Below are positions 38,455 through 46,796 of a stretch of 64,000 nt of DNA, in pieces. Position 1 is the stretch's first letter. Each line of letters opens with the position of its first letter. A program made the translations under genes and the position numbers. Under the pieces are notes generated by a model. It was not told the origin of the DNA. It saw only the letters and a program-made list of their open reading frames with translations, and did no database searches. Origin of the DNA: an uncultured bacterium (lineage in GTDB: Bacteria > Omnitrophota > Gorgyraeia > Ghiorseimicrobiales > Ghiorseimicrobiaceae); NCBI GenBank assembly GCA_913009335.1, contig CAJVXN010000002.1, positions 11,981-75,980 on the forward strand, in the 5' to 3' direction.

Positions 38455-38703
38455 AAACCCGAATTATGCAATAGATCGCGGAATTCGACGTAACCTCTTA
38501 GGCTATCTTGCCTTTCACAAAGCCTCGCCGTACCATAAAGGTATGCCTGCGTTTTCTTTAAGGCAATCTAACCCAATATATTACGTCTCGGTTTTCACGT
38601 CTATTGCACGATTCGGGTTAAACTTAAGCTTGCGGAAGGCTTAAATGTAAATTGGTTAATTATTCGCAGTGTTTAGAGAGGATTTAGGCTTGAAAGTTAT
38701 TAC

Positions 38704-39210
38704 TTATTTTATTGCGCCGCTTGCAATCCACTCGTCGATTTTGCTGCGTTCGAATCTCCATTCATCGCCGTCTTTGTAGGCAGGTACTTTTCCGGAATCA
38801 GCCCAGTCAACAATAGAATCTAGATCCATTTCTAGATACTTGGCTAAGTCTTCAGCTCCGAGTACATCTTCAAGCATGTGGCAGTTACCTTCAAATTTAG
38901 CGCCCACGCCAATGCTGAGCTTGGAAGCTTTGATTGTGCCCTCTACTACTGCCGGAGCAATCAATGAAAGTTGTTCTCTTGCTAGTATTTCACCTTTAAC
39001 ATGTCCGGAAATTTCGATGTTATCTCCGATAATGCGGGCATTTACTACTGCTGTTTCGCTTACGGTAAGCGTACCTCTTGTTTCTAGTACTCCTTCAAAC
39101 TTACCGTTGATACGCAGGTTAACCGGATCTTTGAAGCAAAGGGATCCTGTCATGCTCGCATCAACATCCAGGATTTTTCCGTTGTTTTCGTTTTTTCTGT
39201 CTCTGGCCAT
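38704..39210 (-). CDS. bactofilin-domain protein with a C-terminal HTH_17-like extension
   Basis: Repetitive beta-helix pattern (GxxEGxLxxxGxLxV...) typical of bactofilin/DUF583. C-terminal VPAYKDGDEWRFERSKIDEWI. Confidence 0.5.
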   Translation of the reverse strand: MARDRKNENNGKILDVDASMTGSLCFKDPVNLRINGKFEGVLETRGTLTVSETAVVNARIIGDNIEISGHVKGEILAREQLSLIAPAVVEGTIKASKLSIGVGAKFEGNCHMLEDVLGAEDLAKYLEMDLDSIVDWADSGKVPAYKDGDEWRFERSKIDEWIASGAIK

Positions 39211-39282
39211 AAAACTTCACCCCCCTTCAAACTACATTGTAACTATTAATTTTTATTTGTGATCTTTAGATATTAGGTGCGA

Positions 39283-39717
39283 TTAACACTTCTTAATTAT
39301 AAATTTTTCTATATGGCGTAGAACAAGTAATACAATTAAAACGAAAACAGTGGTAATTAAGGCGGCATATATGAATCCGCAACCTATGGCTAGTCCGATA
39401 CTTGCTACTATCCAGATGGAGGCCGCGGTTGTTAGTCCTTTGACACTATCTTTGTTTTTTATGATAGCGCCAGCACCGATAAAGCCAATACCGGTCATGA
39501 CTCCTGCTGCAATTCTGGAAGGATCTAAATTGCCGACATCCTTATATATATCAAAAATATAGATAGATGTCAACATAATCAGCGTAGAACCAAGGCATAC
39601 CAGTATGTGTGTACGTAGGCCCGCTTCTCTTTTTTGGATTTCACGCTCCAGGCCGATTAAGCCGCCGAATATTACTGCTAGCAGTAGTTTTAAAATCATA
39701 TCGTCATATGTGATCAT
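39283..39717 (-). CDS. MgtC/SapB-family membrane protein
   Basis: LLLAVIFGGLIGLEREIQKREAGLRTH signature. Confidence 0.65.
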   Translation of the reverse strand: MITYDDMILKLLLAVIFGGLIGLEREIQKREAGLRTHILVCLGSTLIMLTSIYIFDIYKDVGNLDPSRIAAGVMTGIGFIGAGAIIKNKDSVKGLTTAASIWIVASIGLAIGCGFIYAALITTVFVLIVLLVLRHIEKFIIKKC

Positions 39718-39814
39718 CGTTCCTCCTTAATCAGGCTATAGCTTACGGAAGCGAAGCTGATATAAGCTATCTTGTTGAATTAATTTTGAAGTTTGAACGA
39801 AAAGGTCATAATAA

Positions 39815-40807
39815 TTATTGTCTTACACCAGCGGGTTCTATTTTCATATTTAATTTCGAGCGAACTCCTTTTCTAAAAAGTTGATAACCAAAACCGGCAA
39901 TCATTGCGGCATTATCTGTGCAGTATTGAGGTTTTGCCAGGTAAATCTTTATCTTTTGAGGTACGGCTTCTGCGTTTAGTTTATCACGGAATCGCCTGTT
40001 GCAGCTTACTCCACCTCCGACAACTAGCGCTTTTATCTTTTTCTTTGAAGCAGCCAGGACAGATTTTTTTACAATGTCATTAAATACTGCTTCTTGAAAA
40101 GCATGCGCAATATTTGCCTTATTTTTTGCGGTTAATTTTTTATCGCGAGCGTTATAAAGTACTGCTGTTTTTATGCCGCTGAAACTAAAATCAAATTCTC
40201 GCTTTAGGTTTCCGCAGGAAAATTTAACTTTTCCTGCCTCTCCTTTTAGGGCAATTTTCTCAACAACGGGCCCGCCGGGATATCCTAATCCTAAGATTTT
40301 GGCTACTTTGTCAAATGCCTCACCTGCGGCATCATCAGCAGTTCGCCCTAGCAATGTAAGCGAGTTAAAATTGGTTACCTTGTATAAGCTCGTGTGTCCT
40401 CCGGAAATTACGAGTCCGATAAAGGGGAAAGCTATTTTCTGTGTTAGGAGCGGAGCGTATAGATGTGCCTTGACGTGGTCTACGCCAATAAGGGGTATAT
40501 TTTTCGCAAAGCTTAAGGCTTTTGCAAAAGAGGCTCCCACTAGTAATGATCCTCCTAATCCCGGACCTTTTGTTACGGCGATTAAATTTACCCGGTCGAT
40601 TTTTACCTTTGCTTTTTTTAGTGCTTCATCAACTACAGGGTAAATGAATTCCAGTTGCGCTCGAGAGGCTATTTCCGGAATTATTCCGCCGTATTTTTTA
40701 TGCAATTGGATGCTTGATGCTATGATATGCGAAAGAACAATATTGCCGTTTTTTATTATTGCGGCGGATGTTTCATCGCAGGATGTCTCAATGCCTAATG
40801 TTATCAT
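39815..40807 (-). CDS. tsaD: tRNA N6-adenosine threonylcarbamoyltransferase
   Basis: MITLGIETSCDETSAAI N-terminus, Kae1/YgjD fold. Confidence 0.85.
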   Translation of the reverse strand: MITLGIETSCDETSAAIIKNGNIVLSHIIASSIQLHKKYGGIIPEIASRAQLEFIYPVVDEALKKAKVKIDRVNLIAVTKGPGLGGSLLVGASFAKALSFAKNIPLIGVDHVKAHLYAPLLTQKIAFPFIGLVISGGHTSLYKVTNFNSLTLLGRTADDAAGEAFDKVAKILGLGYPGGPVVEKIALKGEAGKVKFSCGNLKREFDFSFSGIKTAVLYNARDKKLTAKNKANIAHAFQEAVFNDIVKKSVLAASKKKIKALVVGGGVSCNRRFRDKLNAEAVPQKIKIYLAKPQYCTDNAAMIAGFGYQLFRKGVRSKLNMKIEPAGVRQ

Positions 40808-41634
40808 TTTACTAATTCCGATATAAAAACAAATTTAATACCTTCTTCTTGTTCTAGTTCGGGTATTAGTCTTTCTAGAACTTTTAATGTTGTGATTCTG
40901 TCATGACCTATGCCTATAGCTGTGCCGCGTAATTTAGCTTTTTCTGTTAGAATGCGTAATTGGTTGGCAATGTATTCTTCGTCGTTTTCATTGTCCAGGA
41001 AAACATCGCGGGATGCAAACCTAACGCCTGATTTATTTGCGATTTTTTTACATATGGATTTACTTGTCAGACTGTCGAGAAAAAATAAATTTTGCTTTTT
41101 TAACTGACTAAATATAGTAGTTATTGCCTTTTCGTCTGTTGTAAATTTTGAACCTTGGTGATTTGATACTCCTGCTGCATGCGATATGTTCATCAAATCT
41201 TTTTGCAGGATTGTGATCATTTCACGGGTTGTCATATCTGCCGTGATCGTATTTTCTTCTAAAGGTACTTGGCTGCGTTTATACGGCTCAAGCGGTAAAT
41301 GGAGGAGTATTTCTTTATTTAAGGCATATGCTTCTTCGGCAATACGCCTGGAATAAGTGAGATTAGGTAATACTGCCAAAGTTAGGGGAGATTTTATTTT
41401 TTTTAACGTATCTAAATTTTTAAGGTTGTATCCCCAGTCATCCAGGACAATCGCAATTTTTGCAACATCCGGATCGTTTTGAGGCGCAGTCTCCTTTTCT
41501 GTCTTTAGGATTTGCGGTTTTGACTTGGAAAGTGAAGTGACTTCTTTTTTTTCTTTTTTTGCGGCTCCCAGCAATAGAAAAGCCTGAGCAATTACGATGA
41601 TGGTTAAAGCCGCGATAATTTTATTTTTCATCAT
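40804..41634 (-). CDS. divergent polysaccharide deacetylase (YibQ-like)
   Basis: Signal/TM N-terminus. IAIVLDDWGYN motif. Confidence 0.5.
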   Translation of the reverse strand: MMKNKIIAALTIIVIAQAFLLLGAAKKEKKEVTSLSKSKPQILKTEKETAPQNDPDVAKIAIVLDDWGYNLKNLDTLKKIKSPLTLAVLPNLTYSRRIAEEAYALNKEILLHLPLEPYKRSQVPLEENTITADMTTREMITILQKDLMNISHAAGVSNHQGSKFTTDEKAITTIFSQLKKQNLFFLDSLTSKSICKKIANKSGVRFASRDVFLDNENDEEYIANQLRILTEKAKLRGTAIGIGHDRITTLKVLERLIPELEQEEGIKFVFISELVK

Positions 41635-42898
41635 TTATTTTATTGTATATAAGGATTCCTTTTAATACGTCAATGGCAGCAATTATTTGATTATCCTTTT
41701 TATATTTTTCGTCTTTATCTTCGATTTCTTTATCTTCGATCTCATTGAATACTTTCTCGGAATCAATATCGGGTTTTTCACTGTTTTTCTCTGCGGGTAT
41801 TGGGTTTAGCTTAACGGTAATATCCGGAGTTATCCCTATATCGTGGATGAGGCGCATATTCGGCGTAAAATATTTACTGGTAGTAAGTTTTACAGCTGAG
41901 CCGTCAAGCAGCGGTATTAATGTTTGAACCGAGGCTTTGCCGAATGATTTAGTGCCCATGATTATTGCTCGCCCATAGTCCTGCATTGCACCCGCAAAAA
42001 TTTCACTGCCGGAAGCGCTCCCGTTATTTATTAAAACTACCATTGGCAGATCAAGCAGCGGCTTGCCGTATTTTGATTTAAATTCAGTCTGTGAATCTTC
42101 CCGCCTACCTTGGGTTGATACGATAACTTTATTTTTCTCGATAAATTTTTCGGCCGTATCAACCGCGGATATTAGAAGCCCTCCGGGATTATTACGTAAG
42201 TCCATGATTAAGGCCCGCATGCCTTCTTTGGTAAGGTCATTAAGGACTTTTAGTAAGTCATCTCCTGAGTCTTCACGGAATTCAACGAGGCGTATATAGG
42301 CAATTCCATTTTCGAGGATTCTTGCTTCTTTTATGTCTTTTATCTTTATGATGTCGCGCGTTATTGTAAAATCAAGCAGCTTGCCTTCGCTTTCACGCAG
42401 GACCGTAATAGTGATATCCGTGCCGGGTTTTCCACGCATCTTTTTTACGGCATCGGTTAGCGAGAATCCTCGCGTTACTTCGTCCTCTATCTTGACTATG
42501 CGGTCCAGGCTTTTTATGCCGGCTTTCCATGCAGGTGTATCTTCAATAGGGGTGATTACTGTAATTAATCCGTCTCGTATGGTTATCTCAATGCCTAGTC
42601 CGCCGAATTTCCCTGTGGTATCTACGCGTAATTCATTATATGTATCCGGATCCAGAAATTGACTGTATGCGTCAAGGTTACCCAGCATTCCCTGTAGTGC
42701 CCCGTAAATTAAATCTTTATTTTCTGTTTCTTCTACATAATCACGTTTTATGTAACTAAATACATCGGCAAATAAATCGAGTTGTTTATAAACGTCGTTT
42801 TTGCCTTTTTCTTTTTCCGCCAGGCTGCAGCTGTAATTTAAGAAAACTAAAAAAGCAATTATTGTAATACTTAAAACCAGAAATATTTTCTTACGCAT
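41621..42898 (-). CDS. carboxyl-terminal processing protease (S41 family)
   Basis: PDZ plus S41 core (GSASGSEIFAGA), signal/TM N-terminus. Confidence 0.7.
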   Translation of the reverse strand: MRKKIFLVLSITIIAFLVFLNYSCSLAEKEKGKNDVYKQLDLFADVFSYIKRDYVEETENKDLIYGALQGMLGNLDAYSQFLDPDTYNELRVDTTGKFGGLGIEITIRDGLITVITPIEDTPAWKAGIKSLDRIVKIEDEVTRGFSLTDAVKKMRGKPGTDITITVLRESEGKLLDFTITRDIIKIKDIKEARILENGIAYIRLVEFREDSGDDLLKVLNDLTKEGMRALIMDLRNNPGGLLISAVDTAEKFIEKNKVIVSTQGRREDSQTEFKSKYGKPLLDLPMVVLINNGSASGSEIFAGAMQDYGRAIIMGTKSFGKASVQTLIPLLDGSAVKLTTSKYFTPNMRLIHDIGITPDITVKLNPIPAEKNSEKPDIDSEKVFNEIEDKEIEDKDEKYKKDNQIIAAIDVLKGILIYNKINDEK

Positions 42899-44327
42899 TT
42901 TTAATCCTTTCTTTTAAGATTTCGATTACCATTTTTGGATTTGCTTTGCCCTTGCTTTGTTTCATTACTTGTCCCATTAAAAACATTATGGCGTTTTCTT
43001 TGCCGTTTTTATAATCTCCGACTGGTTTGGGATTGTCTTTTATTACATTATCGGTTATTTCCTCAAGGGCTGATGAGTCGGATATTTGAGCGAGATTTTT
43101 TTCTTTAATGATTGTATCCGCGGATTTACCCGTATGGATCATGTCAGTAAGCACTGTCTTTGCCGTTAAGTTATTGATCTTTCCTTCGTCTGCTATTTTG
43201 AGTAATTTAGTTAATTCTAAAGGTGCAAGTTTTAAATCTTTTACTTGGATTTTGCGGTTGTTTAGTTCTGATGAGAGCGCGCCCTGTATCCAGTTGCTAA
43301 GATTTTTGTATTGTTTATAAGTTTTTGCGCACTCCTCAAAGAAATCTGCCAGATATTTATCAGAGATTAAAATATTCCCGTCATAAACGGATAATTTAAA
43401 TTCGCTCATAAAGCGCGATAACCTTGCCTCTGGAAGCTCCGGTAGATTATTTTTAATTGTATCTATTTCTTCTTGTTTTAATACGAAGGGTACCAAATCC
43501 GGCTCAGGGAAATATCGATAATCATGCGCTTCTTCCTTTGTGCGCATGCTAACGGTTTTTTGTTTTTTCTCATCCCACAACAAGGTCTGTTGCATTATTT
43601 TTTCACCTTTTTCTTTAAGTTTTATCTGGCGCTTTACTTCAAATTCCAAGGCAGCCTTTACGCCCTTAAAAGAATTCATGTTTTTTAATTCTGTCTTAGT
43701 TCCTAGTTTTGTATCCCCTTTTTTTCTTATGGAAATATTCGCATCGCACCTTAGGCTTCCTTTTTCCATGTCACAATCAGAAACATCCAGATATTTAAGT
43801 ATTGCTTTTAGAGTCGTTAGGTAAAGATAGGCTTGCCCCGGTGATCTCATGTCAGGCTCGGATACTATTTCAAGTAACGGGATCCCCGTTCTATTGAAAT
43901 CAACATAGCTTGAAGCAGCATCATCACCTTCATGGATAAGTTTTCCCGCGTCTTCTTCGAGATGTACTCGGGTAATACCGATTTTTTTTGTCTTATCTTT
44001 ATCTTTTATCGTAAGGTGTCCCTTGTATGAAAGCGGGCGATCATATTGGGATATCTGGAAATTCTTAGGCAAATCAGGGTAAAAATAATTTTTCCGGTCG
44101 AATTTAATAAAGGATTCTATGGAACAATTAAGAGCAAGGGCGGTTTTAACTGCATGTTTAAGGGTTTTATGGTTTAATACAGGAAGTACTCCCGGCAATC
44201 CTAAACACACCGGGCAGACTTGAGTATTGGCTGATGCTCCGAATTCAGTTGAACATCCGCAGAAAATTTTTGATTTAGTGTTTAGCTGGGTGTGTACTTC
44301 TAGTCCGATTACTGTTTCGTAACTCAT
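42891..44327 (-). CDS. gatB: Asp/Glu-tRNA amidotransferase subunit B
   Basis: [26 protein letters not shown]-terminus. Confidence 0.9.
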   Translation of the reverse strand: MSYETVIGLEVHTQLNTKSKIFCGCSTEFGASANTQVCPVCLGLPGVLPVLNHKTLKHAVKTALALNCSIESFIKFDRKNYFYPDLPKNFQISQYDRPLSYKGHLTIKDKDKTKKIGITRVHLEEDAGKLIHEGDDAASSYVDFNRTGIPLLEIVSEPDMRSPGQAYLYLTTLKAILKYLDVSDCDMEKGSLRCDANISIRKKGDTKLGTKTELKNMNSFKGVKAALEFEVKRQIKLKEKGEKIMQQTLLWDEKKQKTVSMRTKEEAHDYRYFPEPDLVPFVLKQEEIDTIKNNLPELPEARLSRFMSEFKLSVYDGNILISDKYLADFFEECAKTYKQYKNLSNWIQGALSSELNNRKIQVKDLKLAPLELTKLLKIADEGKINNLTAKTVLTDMIHTGKSADTIIKEKNLAQISDSSALEEITDNVIKDNPKPVGDYKNGKENAIMFLMGQVMKQSKGKANPKMVIEILKERIKNA

Positions 44328-45760
44328 AATTTAGGTTTTATTTTACACCAGTTGGTTTCTGCTTCATACGCAGAAGCTATTTTAAATAAGGTATCTTCAG
44401 CGAATGGCTTTGCAATAAGTTGTAATCCTATAGGGAGATTGTTTTTTGTAAATCCGCAAGGTATTGATATTGCCGGTATACCTGCTAAATTTGCTGATAT
44501 TGTATAGATATCCGAGAGATACATTGCCAAGGGGGTTTTTAGTTTTTCACCTTTTTTAAATGCCGGCGTAGGTGATGTAGGTGTTAGTATGCAATCTATG
44601 GTTTTAAATGCATCATCAAAGTCTTTTTTGATTAATGTGCGTACTTTTTGGGCTCTTAGATAATAAGCATCGTAGTACCCGCTGGATAATACATATGTAC
44701 CGAGGATTATACGGCGCTTTGCCTCTTCGCCAAATCCTTCACCTCGCGTTGCCCGATACATCGGAATTAGTCCCTGCCCTGTGTCTTTTCTGTATCCGTA
44801 TTGTACGCCGTCAAAACGCGCAAGATTAGAGCTGGCTTCAGCAGTTGCGATTATGTAGTATACCGCGACAGCATATTGGGTATGCGGAAGTTTTACAGGG
44901 ATAAACTTCGCCCCTTTTTTCTTTAGTAATTCGATTGCAGTATCAACTGCAATTTTTACCTCACGATTAATACCCTTAGTGAAATATTCTTCCGGTAAGC
45001 CTATTGTGATGTTCTTGATATCTTCTCCTAGTGATTTTGTAAAATCGGGTACTTTTATATCGGCAGAAGTTGAATCTTTATGATCATATCCTGCGATAGT
45101 ATTTAAGAGAAGTGCTGAGTCGTAAACATTTTTAGTTAATGGTCCGATTTGATCAAGGCTTGATGCGAATGCAATAAGCCCGTACCGGGAAACTCTGCCG
45201 TATGTGGGCTTAAGCCCTACTACTCCGCAGAAAGATGCTGGTTGCCTTATTGAGCCTCCGGTGTCTGAGCCGATACTCATGATTGTTTCATCAGCAGCAA
45301 CAGCCGCAGCAGAGCCGCCTGATGAGCCGCCGGGGACACAGTCAAGATTGTGTGGATTAGAAGTTGGTCCATAGCAGGAATTTTCGCAGGATGAGCCGAA
45401 TGCGAATTCATCCATATTGGTTTTTCCCCAGAGTATAGCTCCGGCATTTTTAAGGCGAGTGATTACTTCCGCATCGTATGGCGGGTGAAATCCGCTAAGT
45501 ATTTTTGAGGCACAGGTTGTCAGTTGCCCCTCAACACAGATATTATCCTTTATAGAAACCGCAATACTCCAAAGAGGCTGATTGGTTTTTGGACTTGGTT
45601 TTGCTGCAGGATTAATCTTCGGCTTCCTGACAAAGGCCTTTACTTTATCTTCAACTTTATTGATGCGTTCTGTGAGGCTCGCGATTACTGATTTAGGATC
45701 AGTTTTTTGCGTGATAATATCTTTGGCGGAAAGCGAAAATAAGTTATTGTTGTTATTCAT
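44324..45760 (-). CDS. gatA: Asp/Glu-tRNA amidotransferase subunit A (amidase)
   Basis: Amidase signature [12 protein letters not shown]; gatCAB gene order. Confidence 0.9.
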   Translation of the reverse strand: MNNNNNLFSLSAKDIITQKTDPKSVIASLTERINKVEDKVKAFVRKPKINPAAKPSPKTNQPLWSIAVSIKDNICVEGQLTTCASKILSGFHPPYDAEVITRLKNAGAILWGKTNMDEFAFGSSCENSCYGPTSNPHNLDCVPGGSSGGSAAAVAADETIMSIGSDTGGSIRQPASFCGVVGLKPTYGRVSRYGLIAFASSLDQIGPLTKNVYDSALLLNTIAGYDHKDSTSADIKVPDFTKSLGEDIKNITIGLPEEYFTKGINREVKIAVDTAIELLKKKGAKFIPVKLPHTQYAVAVYYIIATAEASSNLARFDGVQYGYRKDTGQGLIPMYRATRGEGFGEEAKRRIILGTYVLSSGYYDAYYLRAQKVRTLIKKDFDDAFKTIDCILTPTSPTPAFKKGEKLKTPLAMYLSDIYTISANLAGIPAISIPCGFTKNNLPIGLQLIAKPFAEDTLFKIASAYEAETNWCKIKPKL

Positions 45761-45777
45761 TTTAAGCGGGTATTTTA

Positions 45778-46065
45778 TTATTCGATTACTTTGGGGACTT
45801 TAAAGAATCTTTCGTCTTTTGAGGGTGCGTTTTTAAGCGCATCACTTGTTTTTAGAGAGCGAGATACCTCATCTTCGCGGTAGACGTTTTTAATCGGCAA
45901 AACATGACTTGTGGGCGCAACCTCTTTTATATCAACACTTTTTAATTTGTCGATGAAATCGAGGATATCCTGTAAATGTTTTGATAGGATATCCAGTTCT
46001 TTATCTTTCAGCTCAAGGCGCGCAAGATTTGCCGTATATTTTACATCTTCTCTGGATATAGACAT
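45778..46065 (-). CDS. gatC: Asp/Glu-tRNA amidotransferase subunit C
   Basis: 95 aa upstream of gatA, GatC-like sequence. Confidence 0.8.
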   Translation of the reverse strand: MSISREDVKYTANLARLELKDKELDILSKHLQDILDFIDKLKSVDIKEVAPTSHVLPIKNVYREDEVSRSLKTSDALKNAPSKDERFFKVPKVIE

Positions 46066-46148
46066 TTTCTCTCCTAAATTATACTAAAAACAGCTTTTTT
46101 AATATATCATTTTAACTCAGGAAAGTCAATTAAATTTACCGTACCCCT

Positions 46149-46177
46149 TGAAATTATGTGTTTTATGTGGTATATTT
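46149..46177 (+). promoter_or_regulatory. sigma70-like promoter (TTGAAA, 17 nt, TGgTATATT) on the plus strand
   Basis: Hexamers read directly, upstream of the candidate sRNA/leader. Confidence 0.4.
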
Positions 46178-46183
46178 AGAAGG

Positions 46184-46349
46184 TGAGCGTTCTTTAAGAA
46201 TTAAAAGCAAAGGTAAACTATCCGAAAGGGTAGGGCACAAAGCCTTGAGTTTAAGTCTCTGATACACAAGGAGATATGACAGTCAGGCTACCGTATTCCA
46301 ACGTATTGGAATCCGTAAATGCAGCCCATTCTTTTGAATGGGTTTTTTT
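46184..46349 (+). ncRNA. candidate small RNA / cis-regulatory leader ending in an intrinsic terminator (CCCATTC-TTTT-GAATGGG followed by TTTTTTT)
   Basis: Promoter plus terminator ~160 nt apart. Contains a strong SD (AAGGAG) and a ~37-codon ORF that runs into the terminator. It lies 80 nt upstream of the only plus-strand gene in this region. Confidence 0.35.
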
Positions 46350-46428
46350 CTTTGCCCGCCGAGTTTTAGTGGTGGGTTGCCTTTGCTAAATGAGTTGGTA
46401 AATTTGGCAGAAGTGGCGGAGGTGAGAA

Positions 46429-46707
46429 ATGAAAAATTTTAAACTATTAATTGTTCTTTTGGCAATGGTTATGATTATTGCAAATATGGCTTTCGCAGGT
46501 AATACCCAAACTGTTACTGTTTCGTGTACCATACCTTTGGTTCCGGGCTTAAATGTGCCTATTACTGAAGAAACTACGGTTGTTCCTGATGAGGCTGTTA
46601 GTGAACTCTATGAGTACACAATGATAGTCGCCGAACAAGAACCGGAGATAATGCAGGAAGAAACTGTATCTGAAGATTCAACGTTGTATACGTTTTGTTT
46701 GAAGTAG
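46429..46707 (+). CDS. small secreted protein, unknown function
   Basis: Signal peptide MKNFKLLIVLLAMVMIIANMAFA; GGAGGTGA RBS. Confidence 0.5.
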   Translation: MKNFKLLIVLLAMVMIIANMAFAGNTQTVTVSCTIPLVPGLNVPITEETTVVPDEAVSELYEYTMIVAEQEPEIMQEETVSEDSTLYTFCLK

Positions 46708-46733
46708 AAAATTTAACCTCCTGCCACGGAAGG

Positions 46734-46770
46734 TAAAAAAATTGCGCGGTTTTTAAACCGCGCTTTTTTT
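46734..46770. terminator. bidirectional rho-independent terminator (A-run, GCGCGG...CCGCGC stem, T-run)
   Basis: Read directly. Lies between the convergent genes 46429-46707 (+) and 46797-49628 (-). Confidence 0.7.
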
Positions 46771-46796
46771 ATATTTAATTTTAAGTTAAAATTGCC

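Noticed and set aside
46184-46349. SRP RNA (ffs) or 6S RNA identity for the candidate sRNA
   Set aside because: It lacks the domain IV GGAA…AGCAGCC-type motifs of SRP RNA and the long bulged helix of 6S RNA.
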